Of a stretch of 64,000 nucleotides of DNA, positions 23,855 to 32,371 are shown one piece after another. Source of the stretch: an uncultured Aliarcobacter sp. (GTDB lineage: Bacteria; Campylobacterota; Campylobacteria; Campylobacterales; Arcobacteraceae); assembly GCA_963664305.2 (NCBI GenBank), contig CAXXLV010000001.1, forward strand, positions 192,001 to 256,000, given 5' to 3'. The notes under the pieces are model-generated. The model was given only the letters and a program-made list of their open reading frames with translations, searched no databases and was not told the DNA's origin. The translations under genes were made by a program, and so were the position numbers. The first letter of the stretch is position 1. The number at the start of each line of letters is the position of its first letter.

Positions 23855-24490
23855 ATGAAAAAAGATATCAAATATTATATAAACAAATCAATATTTATTA
23901 GTGCAACAAATACTGATGTTGGTAAAACTTATGCATGTGAAAAGTTTTTAAAATTTTTTGCAAAAGCTGGTTTAAGAGTTGGTTATTTTAAACCTTGTGA
24001 AACAGGAGTTATTGATAAACCACTAGATGGTTCAAAAATGTTTGAACTAACAAAAGAGTTAAATAAAGATTTTGAAAATGTAACTTTAAATGATGTTGTT
24101 CCATATCAATTTAGACTTCCTGCAGCTCCTTATGTTGCATCAAAAGATACTATTATAGATATAGAGTTTTTAAAAGAGAAAAAAAAATATCTACAATCTT
24201 TTTGTGATATTTTAATTATTGAAGGAGCAGGAGGACTTATGGTTCCTGTAAAAGAAAACTTATTTATGATTGATTTAATAAATATATTTGAAAGTGAAGC
24301 ATTTTTAATCACTCCTTCAAAACTTGGATGTATAAATGACACCCTACTCTCATGTGAAGCTTTAAAAAATAGAAATATTGATTTTGAATTTTTTATAAAT
24401 CTATTTCAAGATATAGATACATTTGATGAAGTTTCAAAACCATTTTTAATTGACTATTTTGGTGAGTTAAATTTCTTACAAAATTTATAA
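23855..24490 (+). CDS. bioD: Dethiobiotin synthase
   Basis: ATNTDVGKT, FKP.ETG, PAAP, IEGAGGLMVP, LGCIND. Confidence 0.95.
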   Translation: MKKDIKYYINKSIFISATNTDVGKTYACEKFLKFFAKAGLRVGYFKPCETGVIDKPLDGSKMFELTKELNKDFENVTLNDVVPYQFRLPAAPYVASKDTIIDIEFLKEKKKYLQSFCDILIIEGAGGLMVPVKENLFMIDLINIFESEAFLITPSKLGCINDTLLSCEALKNRNIDFEFFINLFQDIDTFDEVSKPFLIDYFGELNFLQNL

Positions 24491-24497
24491 AAACTAG

Positions 24498-24528
24498 AAA
24501 AATTGGAAAATTTTTCCAATTTTTTTTT
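24498..24528 (+). terminator. Palindrome/terminator after bioD
   Basis: aaaaattggaaaa-t-ttttccaattttt followed by a T-run. Confidence 0.6.
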
Positions 24529-24798
24529 AATTTACGATTTTTTTAGTCTTAATTTTCACTAGTTTTTTAATACTTTTTTACATTTTTTTCACACAACTTT
24601 AAGTTTTCTTTCCCTAACTTTAGGGTTTTATTAGAGTTTTTTAATTCTAAACTTAAATTTATTTACTATTTCAAAAGACATAAAAACAATTCATTTTAAA
24701 TTGTGTATAAATTCTGTATTAGTTTTCATGTATAATATTACGTTTACTAAACATGGAACAAATAGCATTAAAATCAAATTATGAAAGGTAGATAAAAA

Positions 24799-25929
24799 AT
24801 GACTTCTGCAATAGATTTATCTAAATTAACAGCAAATGATGATTTAACACCAATTTTAGGTGGATATTGGCCTGGTATCCAAATTTATTACCCACCAATT
24901 AAATTCAATCCATTAGATGGAACATATGAGAGTATGGAACAAGCAAAACTAAGATTACAAAAACACGCTTATAAAACAAAAGCTCATACTGTATTATTTG
25001 ACTTAGAAGATGGATGTAGACAAAAAGCTATGTCAAGAGAATTATTAATTCAAGAGTTACCAAAATTTCCTGAAAGAAATTTTCAAATAGCTGTAAGAAT
25101 AAATCCATTCAGAACTGATGAGTATGAAGAAGATTTAAAAATGTTAAAACAAATTCACCAATATATAGATGTTATCGTTTTAGCAAAAGCTGGAGAAGTT
25201 TATGGTTCAGCTGAAATCAGAGATTTATCTTCTTGGTTAGTATCTATTGGAAGTAAATTAACTATTCAACCAATCGTAGAGCATCCAAAATCTTTACAAA
25301 TTGCTGATAGATTAATGGAACATTCAACTGTTAAACACATCGTATTTGGTATTCACGATTTTTCAAAAGCAATGGCTTATAAAATCACACCAAAAGGATG
25401 GATTGATGAATTAGAAACTTTCTTTAATATGCTTACAATGGAAGCAAGAATTAAAGGGAAAGGAGTTATCGGAGGAGTTGAAGTTATGTTAACACCTCAT
25501 TCATTACCAGATTCTTGTGTTGAGAAAAAAGATATTAGAAGATGGTTAGATTTACATGGTGACGAAGCTAGTAGACATGTTTATGCTCATGCAATCAGAG
25601 AAAATGCAATGGGATTAACTGGAAAACAAGTTATTACTCCAAATCATATTAATGTTTGTAAAGTTGCATTTACACCAAGTCCAAATGAAATTGCAAAAGA
25701 TGTTTCTATCTTAAAAGCTGCAATTGATGCTGATGCATTATTAAGTGGAGCTATTAGATATGAAGGTGAGATGTTAGATCCACCAATGTTCGGTAAATCT
25801 CTACAAAATATCTTAAGAGCTTATGCTTTAAGAAGTTTAGAAAAAGAAGATGAACTATTTGCATTATCTGTATTAAATAGAATGCCAATTCATACGTTTA
25901 AAGAAAACTGGCCATACGGTCAACTGTAA
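24799..25929 (+). CDS. CitE/malyl-CoA lyase-like (HpcH/HpaI aldolase/citrate lyase family) protein #1
   Basis: VLFDLEDG, AVRIN, IVEHP, FGIHDF, GKQVITP.H, C-terminal EMLDPP: all expected catalytic/metal residues present; carries insertions relative to typical CitE. Confidence 0.85.
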   Translation: MTSAIDLSKLTANDDLTPILGGYWPGIQIYYPPIKFNPLDGTYESMEQAKLRLQKHAYKTKAHTVLFDLEDGCRQKAMSRELLIQELPKFPERNFQIAVRINPFRTDEYEEDLKMLKQIHQYIDVIVLAKAGEVYGSAEIRDLSSWLVSIGSKLTIQPIVEHPKSLQIADRLMEHSTVKHIVFGIHDFSKAMAYKITPKGWIDELETFFNMLTMEARIKGKGVIGGVEVMLTPHSLPDSCVEKKDIRRWLDLHGDEASRHVYAHAIRENAMGLTGKQVITPNHINVCKVAFTPSPNEIAKDVSILKAAIDADALLSGAIRYEGEMLDPPMFGKSLQNILRAYALRSLEKEDELFALSVLNRMPIHTFKENWPYGQL

Positions 25930-25948
25930 TTTCGTAAGGAGATTTATT

Positions 25949-28468
25949 ATGAGTGAAACAATTAAAATAGAAGTACCTGAATTTTTAAACATTGGGGTGG
26001 CTTGTACATCAGCACATGTTGGAACAGCAAAAGAAAACAATATTGCGATGGTTATTGAAGATGATAAACTAGGAACTGATGAAATAACTTATAAAGAGTT
26101 AGCAAAAAAATCTGACCAAGTTTGTAATTTCTTTACGGGAATTGGACTAGAGCCAAGAGATAGAGTATTAGTTTGTTTAAAAAACTCTTTAGCATACCCT
26201 ATTTCATTTTTTGGAACTATGAAAGCTGGAATTATTGCAGTACCTACTTCAACACTTTTAAGTGGTAGTGAAGTTAAATATCTTGCTGAAGATTCTCAAG
26301 CAAGAGCAATTGTATTAAGTGCTACTATGTATGAAAACTTAGTTCCATATTTAGAAAATTTAGATAATTTAAAAACTATAGTTGTTGCAGGAATTGATAG
26401 TGTTGAAAATCTTAAAAAACCAAAAGATATTAATGTTTATTCATTGAATGAAATTTTCAAAAATACAGATGCAACACCAAATCATTATAATTCAAAATCA
26501 GGTGAACCTGCGTATTTAGTATATACATCAGGAACAACTGGTTATCCAAAAGGTGTTTTACATTCACATAGATCACTAATTGGAAGAAAACCAGCAACTG
26601 ATTATTGGTTTGATTTTAAAGAAAATGACAGAATCATGCACTCTGGTAAATTTAACTGGACATATGTTTTAGGTTCAGCTTTAATGGATCCATTATTTAA
26701 TGGTCATACAGTTATTGCTTACGAAGGTGCAAATGATGCTTCAACTTGGATTGATTTAATTAAAAAACACCAATGTACAATTTTCATTGGAGTTCCAACA
26801 ATTTATAGACAAATTATCCAAAAAACAGATTTCACTCTTGATGATTGTCCATCATTAAGATATTGTATGTCTGCTGGAGAGCATTTATCAGATGAAATGT
26901 TAGGATTATGGAGAGATAGATTTAAACAAGATATTTTCGAAGCAATTGGAATGTCTGAGTGTTCTTATTATATTTCTCACTCTAAATATAATCCAATTAG
27001 ACCAGGAAGTGCAGGATTCCCACAACCAGGACATATCGTAAAACTTTTAGACCCTGAAACTTTAGAAGAAGTTGGAGTTGAAGAAGAAGGTATGATTTGT
27101 ATTGGTGAAGATGATCCAGGTTTATTCTTAGAATATTGGCAATTAGAAGAAGAAACTGCAAAATCAAGACATGATGGATACTTCTTTACAGGAGATTATG
27201 CAAGAAAGGATAAAGATGGATATATCTGGTTTATCGGAAGAAAAGATGATATTATCAATACTTTTGGATTTAGAGTATCTCCACATGAAATCGAAAGAGT
27301 TGTAAAAACTCATGATGCAGTTGCAGATTGTGTTGCATTTGGTTTAGATATCGGTAAAGATAAAACAATAGTTGCAATTGCAGTTATTGGACATGAAGAA
27401 TTAAGTGAAGAAAAACAAGCAGAAGTTTTAGCATTTGCTCAAGCAAATCTTGCAAAATATAAAGCTCCAAAAGAGATTTTTGCAATGACTGATTATCCAA
27501 GAACAAAAAATGGAAAAGTTCTAAGAAAACAACTTGTTAAACAATTACATGAACAATATCACGCAATTGAAACAGGAACAAAAGTTGTTGAGTATAAAGC
27601 AAGAAGATCAATGTTATTTGTTCCTCCATATAACAAAAATAATGTTGAAAAAGCAAAAACAGTTTTAGCTGATAGTGTTATTTTTGATTTAGAAGCAATT
27701 TTACAAGAGCAAAGAGAACCTGCTAGACAAACTATCAAAGAAGTTTACAAAGATAGCGGTGCTAAATTTGGAGAAAGTGAAAGAGTTTTAAGAATTAATA
27801 ATCTTGGAAGTGAAGATATTAAAAAAGATTTAGAATTAGCTAAAGAGATTGAAATTGATGGATTATTATTCTCTAAAATTCAATCTAAAGAGGATGTTTT
27901 AGAAGCAGTTAAATTAATTGAAGAAGTAAATCCTAATTTAACTTTAATGATTATGATTGAAACTCCATTATCAGTTTTAAATATTCATGAAATTTGTGCA
28001 GCTAGTCCTAAAGTTGAAGTTGTGGTTGTTGGTTCAAATAAACTTGCAAACAGACTTCAAATTGATATCAAAAAAGGTTCAAAAGCGATGTTTAATTACT
28101 TATCGCAAATTGCCTTAGCTTCAAAAGCATATGGAAAAACTGTAATTGATGGACCACACTTTGATGTTCATGATGAATTTGCTTGTGAAGATTCAACAAA
28201 AGATGCATTTAATTTAGGATTTGATGGTAAATCATTAATTCATCCAATTCAAATTGAATATATCAATGATATCTTTACTCCAAAACAATCTGAAGTTGAA
28301 GATTATGAAAATATGATTGCAAAATATGAAGAAGCAGCTAAAGAAGGAAAAGAAGTTATTTTACATAATAATAGATTAGTTGACTCTTCTAAAATTAAAT
28401 GGGCAAGAAAAATGATTACATTGTATGAAACATACAAATCATTAGGTCAAAATTTATTTGGTAAATAA
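25949..28468 (+). CDS. Acyl-CoA synthetase (AMP-forming) fused to a C-terminal CitE-like domain
   Basis: ANL motifs YTSGTTGYPKG, IGMSE, TGD, GRKDD, PRTKNGK. From ~27602: RRSMLFVP, IFDLE, VLRIN, MIETP, GFDGKSLIHP. Confidence 0.9.
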   Translation: MSETIKIEVPEFLNIGVACTSAHVGTAKENNIAMVIEDDKLGTDEITYKELAKKSDQVCNFFTGIGLEPRDRVLVCLKNSLAYPISFFGTMKAGIIAVPTSTLLSGSEVKYLAEDSQARAIVLSATMYENLVPYLENLDNLKTIVVAGIDSVENLKKPKDINVYSLNEIFKNTDATPNHYNSKSGEPAYLVYTSGTTGYPKGVLHSHRSLIGRKPATDYWFDFKENDRIMHSGKFNWTYVLGSALMDPLFNGHTVIAYEGANDASTWIDLIKKHQCTIFIGVPTIYRQIIQKTDFTLDDCPSLRYCMSAGEHLSDEMLGLWRDRFKQDIFEAIGMSECSYYISHSKYNPIRPGSAGFPQPGHIVKLLDPETLEEVGVEEEGMICIGEDDPGLFLEYWQLEEETAKSRHDGYFFTGDYARKDKDGYIWFIGRKDDIINTFGFRVSPHEIERVVKTHDAVADCVAFGLDIGKDKTIVAIAVIGHEELSEEKQAEVLAFAQANLAKYKAPKEIFAMTDYPRTKNGKVLRKQLVKQLHEQYHAIETGTKVVEYKARRSMLFVPPYNKNNVEKAKTVLADSVIFDLEAILQEQREPARQTIKEVYKDSGAKFGESERVLRINNLGSEDIKKDLELAKEIEIDGLLFSKIQSKEDVLEAVKLIEEVNPNLTLMIMIETPLSVLNIHEICAASPKVEVVVVGSNKLANRLQIDIKKGSKAMFNYLSQIALASKAYGKTVIDGPHFDVHDEFACEDSTKDAFNLGFDGKSLIHPIQIEYINDIFTPKQSEVEDYENMIAKYEEAAKEGKEVILHNNRLVDSSKIKWARKMITLYETYKSLGQNLFGK

Positions 28469-28478
28469 GGAGTTTAAT

Positions 28479-29537
28479 TTGTCTAAAATAAATATGGGTA
28501 ATTTTTTTGAAGATTTTTCAATCGGTCAAAAAATAGTTCATCCACTTCCTAGAACAATAAGTGAAGGAGATGTATCTTTATACATCGCTTTCACTGGTTC
28601 TAGATTTGCTCTACACTCTTCTGATGTAGTGGCAAAGGAAATGGGATATGACAAAAGACCAATTGATGATATTTTAATGTTCCATTTAACATTTGGTAAA
28701 TCTGTACAAGATATCTCTTTAAATGCAATTGCAAATTTAGGATATGCAGAGATGGCTTTCCCAAATCCTGTATATGTTGGAGATACAGTTTCTATGACTT
28801 CAACAGTAATTGGATTAAAAGAGAATTCAAATGGAAAAAGTGGAGTTGTTTACGTTCACTCTATTGGTGTAAATCAAAATGGTGCTGTTGTACTTGATTT
28901 CAAAAGATGGGTAATGGTTCATAAAAAAGACCACTCTACTTTAAGTGGAGTTAATGAAGTTCCAACTTTTGCAAAAACAACACCTATTTCACAAATTAAT
29001 ATTCCAACTATTAAATGTGTTGATACAGATTCAACTGGTGGAAAATATTTCTTTGAAGATTATGTTGAAGGTGAAAGATTAGACCATCCAGAAGGAATTA
29101 CAGTAGATAATAGTGACCACACTTTAGCTACTAAGTTATATCAAAACAATGCTAAAGTACATTTCAATGACCATATGATGAAAAGCACACCAATGGGGCA
29201 AAGATTAATGTACGGTGGGATTATTATTTCAATGGCAAGAGCTATTTCATTTAATGGTTTACAAAATGCTCAATGGGTATGTGCTATAAATAGTGGAGCT
29301 CACGCAAACCCTACATATGCAGGTGATACTATTTATGCTTATACTGAAATTTTAGAAAAAATTGAAGTAAATAGAGATGATATTGGATTACTAAGAGTTA
29401 GAACAATTGGATTAAAAAATACTGAACCAAAAGAAGTTTTAAATCCAAAGAGTGAAGATGGTAAATATTTACCAAATGTTGTACTTGATTTAGATTACAC
29501 TATTGTAATTCCAAAAAAAGTTACTGAAAAAAAATAA
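28479..29537 (+). CDS. mch: Mesaconyl-C1-CoA hydratase / beta-methylmalyl-CoA dehydratase (double MaoC hot-dog)
   Basis: GNFFEDF, PRTI, FH.TFGKSV.DISLNA.ANLGYAE, VIGLKENSNG.SGVV, RWVMV, and a second hot-dog with YQN.AKVHF...YGG: a close match to Mch as I recall it. Start moved to TTG 28479 behind AAGGAG. Confidence 0.8.
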   Translation: MSKINMGNFFEDFSIGQKIVHPLPRTISEGDVSLYIAFTGSRFALHSSDVVAKEMGYDKRPIDDILMFHLTFGKSVQDISLNAIANLGYAEMAFPNPVYVGDTVSMTSTVIGLKENSNGKSGVVYVHSIGVNQNGAVVLDFKRWVMVHKKDHSTLSGVNEVPTFAKTTPISQINIPTIKCVDTDSTGGKYFFEDYVEGERLDHPEGITVDNSDHTLATKLYQNNAKVHFNDHMMKSTPMGQRLMYGGIIISMARAISFNGLQNAQWVCAINSGAHANPTYAGDTIYAYTEILEKIEVNRDDIGLLRVRTIGLKNTEPKEVLNPKSEDGKYLPNVVLDLDYTIVIPKKVTEKK

Positions 29538-29569
29538 AACAAATTTAATTTTAACAAAAAGGAAAAAAT

Positions 29570-30553
29570 ATGACACACCCAAGCGAAGCTTTATTTGAAA
29601 ATGGTAAATCTTTACCAATTATCCCTACTTGTGAACACTTTGCAGGAAGCGAAAAGCTAATCCTAAAAGGTTTTGAAATGCAAAAAAAATTAGGTCCAGT
29701 TTTTGATATTACTTGTGACTGTGAAGATGGTGCTGAAACTGGTAAAGAAGTTGAACATGCTCAAATGATTGTTAGAGTTGTTAATTCTGCAGAAAATCCT
29801 TATGCAATGGCTGGAACTAGAATTCATGACCATTCACACCCAGATTGGAGACAAGATGTTGATATTTTAGTTCCAGGTGCAGGAGAAAAATTAGCATATA
29901 TTACATTACCAAAATCAACTTGTTATGAAGATGCAAAAACTCAAATTGAATATATTCAAAAAGTGGCTAAAGAAGCTGGTATTTCAAGAGAAATTCCAAT
30001 TCACGTATTAATTGAAACTCATGGTGCATTACAAGATGTAGAAAAAATTGCTACATTACCTTGGTTACAAGTTTTAGATTTTGGATTAATGGACTTCGTT
30101 TCAGGATACCAAGGAGCAATTCCAGCTATTAATATGAGATCTCCAGGTCAATTTGATCATAGATTAATTGGTGCTGCAAAAGCAAGAGTTGCACAAGCAG
30201 CTATCCAAAATAAAGTTATTCCTGCACACAACGTAACATTAGATTTAAAAAACCCATACCAAACTTATAAAGATGCAGAAAGAGCAAGAAATGAGTTCGG
30301 ATTTATGAGAATGTGGTCAATTTACCCAACACAAGTACAAGCTATCGTTGATGCAATGAAACCAGACTTTACAGAATTAGAAGCTGCTCAAAACATTTTA
30401 ATTAAAGCACAAGATGCTGAGTGGGGACCAATCCAATATGATGGTGAATTACACGATAGAGCAACTTATAGATACTTCTGGGAATTAGTTCAAAGAGCTA
30501 AATTCTCTGGTGCTAAATTATTTGATGAAACTGAAAAAAGATTCTTCGCTTAA
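29570..30553 (+). CDS. CitE-like (HpcH/HpaI aldolase/citrate lyase family) protein #3
   Basis: CEHFAGSEKL, TCDCEDGA, GTRIHD, LPK, LIETHGAL, FGLMDFVS, MWSIYP, ELHDRA.YRY; catalytic residues intact. Confidence 0.88.
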   Translation: MTHPSEALFENGKSLPIIPTCEHFAGSEKLILKGFEMQKKLGPVFDITCDCEDGAETGKEVEHAQMIVRVVNSAENPYAMAGTRIHDHSHPDWRQDVDILVPGAGEKLAYITLPKSTCYEDAKTQIEYIQKVAKEAGISREIPIHVLIETHGALQDVEKIATLPWLQVLDFGLMDFVSGYQGAIPAINMRSPGQFDHRLIGAAKARVAQAAIQNKVIPAHNVTLDLKNPYQTYKDAERARNEFGFMRMWSIYPTQVQAIVDAMKPDFTELEAAQNILIKAQDAEWGPIQYDGELHDRATYRYFWELVQRAKFSGAKLFDETEKRFFA

Positions 30554-30558
30554 TATTT

Positions 30559-30593
30559 TAAACATAAGCCCTTTGGGGGCTTTTGTTTCTTTT
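30559..30593 (+). terminator. Intrinsic terminator of the CitE/mch operon
   Basis: aaacataagccc-tttg-ggggcttttgttt GC-rich hairpin plus T-rich tail. Confidence 0.8.
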
Positions 30594-30700
30594 CTAAACA
30601 AACAATTTCTACATAAATTTTTAGGTATATCAAAACTAAACACTTTTTATAAATATTCATATTTTTATTAGTTTAAAAAAGTCTATTTTCATAAGTGCAT

Positions 30701-30709
30701 TGGTATAAT
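30701..30709 (+). promoter_or_regulatory. Extended -10 promoter of the fumarate hydratase gene
   Basis: TGGTATAAT about 30 bp upstream of the ATG, with AAGGA RBS. Confidence 0.65.
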
Positions 30710-30738
30710 AATTGAATTTCTAAGCAAAAAGGAAAAAA

Positions 30739-32232
30739 ATGAGCAAAAAAATTACAGAACAAGATATTATAGACTCAGTTGCTTCAGCATGTCAATATAT
30801 TTCGTTTTACCATCCAGAAGATTTCGTAAAAGGTATGGTTGAGGCGTATGAAAAAGAACAATCTGAATCAGCTAAAAATGCAATCGGACAAATTTTAATT
30901 AACTCTAAAATGTGTGCAATGGGTCACAGACCACTTTGCCAAGATACAGGAAGTGTTAATATTTTCGTAAGAGTTGGATTAAAAGCTAACTTAGACATTT
31001 CAAAAAATTTAGAAGATGTTTTAAATGAAGGTGTTGCAAAAGGTTATACTGACCCAGACAATACTTTAAGATATTCAGTTGTTGCTGATCCAGCAGGAAA
31101 AAGAACAAACACAAAAAATAATACTCCAGCAGTTATCCATGTTACAGTTGATAATTCTGATGAATTAGATATCACAGTTGCAGCTAAAGGTGGAGGTTCT
31201 GAGAACAAATCTAAATTTGCTGTATTAAATCCTTCTGATTCAGTTTATGACTGGGTTATGGCTAATGTAAGAGAAATGGGAGCTGGATGGTGTCCTCCAG
31301 GAATCTTAGGAATCGGAATTGGTGGAAATCCAGAAAAAGCAATGCTTTTAGCAAAAGAGTCTTTAATGGGTCATGTTGATATTCATGAACTACAAGCAAG
31401 AGGTCCTCAAAATGCTTTAGAAGAATTAAGATTAAAACTTTATGAAGATATCAATAAAGTTGGAATTGGTGCACAAGGTCTTGGAGGATTAACAACTGTT
31501 TTAGATGTTAAAATCTTAGATTACCCTTGTCACGCAGCTTCATTACCAGTAGCTATGATTCCAAACTGTGCAGCAACAAGACACATTCACTTTAAATTAA
31601 AAGGTGATGGACCAGCTGTATTTAAAAAACCATCTTTAGATTTATGGCCAGATATCAAACTTCCAATGGATACTATTAAAAGAGTAAATATTGCTGATTT
31701 AACTAAAGAAAACTTATCTCAATTTAAATCAGGAGATACTTTATTATTATCTGGAAAAATTTTAACAGCAAGAGATGCTGCTCACAAAAAAATCGTTGAG
31801 TACAAAAATGCGGGGAAACCACTTCCAAATGGTGTTGACTTAAAAGATAAATTTATCTACTACGTGGGACCTGTTGATCCAGTTAGAGATGAAGTAGTAG
31901 GACCTGCGGGACCAACAACATCTACAAGAATGGATAAATTTACTAAAGATATGATGGAAATTGGTATCATGGGTATGATTGGTAAAGCTGAAAGAAAACA
32001 ACCAACAATTGATTTAATTAAAGAGTACAAATCTATTTATTTAATTGCAACTGGTGGAGCAGCTTATTTAATTTCTCAATCAATTAAAGGTGCAAAAACT
32101 TTAGCATTTGAAGAACTAGGTATGGAAGCAATTTATGAATTTGAAGTTGAAGATATGCCAGTTACTGTTGCAGTTGATACAGAAGGAAATTCTATTCATA
32201 CAACAGGTCCAGCTAAATGGAGAACTATCTAA
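30739..32232 (+). CDS. fumA: Class I (Fe-S) fumarate hydratase
   Basis: RPLCQDTG, KGGGSENKS, GWCPP, CHAASLP, CAATRH, ARDAAH, GPTTSTRM, IGK. Confidence 0.92.
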   Translation: MSKKITEQDIIDSVASACQYISFYHPEDFVKGMVEAYEKEQSESAKNAIGQILINSKMCAMGHRPLCQDTGSVNIFVRVGLKANLDISKNLEDVLNEGVAKGYTDPDNTLRYSVVADPAGKRTNTKNNTPAVIHVTVDNSDELDITVAAKGGGSENKSKFAVLNPSDSVYDWVMANVREMGAGWCPPGILGIGIGGNPEKAMLLAKESLMGHVDIHELQARGPQNALEELRLKLYEDINKVGIGAQGLGGLTTVLDVKILDYPCHAASLPVAMIPNCAATRHIHFKLKGDGPAVFKKPSLDLWPDIKLPMDTIKRVNIADLTKENLSQFKSGDTLLLSGKILTARDAAHKKIVEYKNAGKPLPNGVDLKDKFIYYVGPVDPVRDEVVGPAGPTTSTRMDKFTKDMMEIGIMGMIGKAERKQPTIDLIKEYKSIYLIATGGAAYLISQSIKGAKTLAFEELGMEAIYEFEVEDMPVTVAVDTEGNSIHTTGPAKWRTI

Positions 32233-32238
32233 TCTAGT

Positions 32239-32262
32239 TTACAAAGGGGATACCCTTTGTAA
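32239..32262 (+). terminator. Hairpin after fumarase
   Basis: ttacaaaggg-gata-ccctttgtaa perfect 10-bp stem. Confidence 0.7.
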
Positions 32263-32371
32263 CACTTTCCTAAAATAATCCTTATATCAACAAACTATAT
32301 TTCTTTTTTGACTTTTTCAAGACTAACTTTATGCTATTGTTCCAACCAAAGAAAATATTATAGGAAATAAT

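Noticed and set aside
24799..30553. Classical citrate lyase (citCDEF) or itaconate ripABC/ict-ich-ccl operon
   Set aside because: No CitD ACP, CitF, CitC/G/X or CoA-transferase gene; the hydratase motifs match Mch better than itaconyl-CoA hydratase as I recall them.
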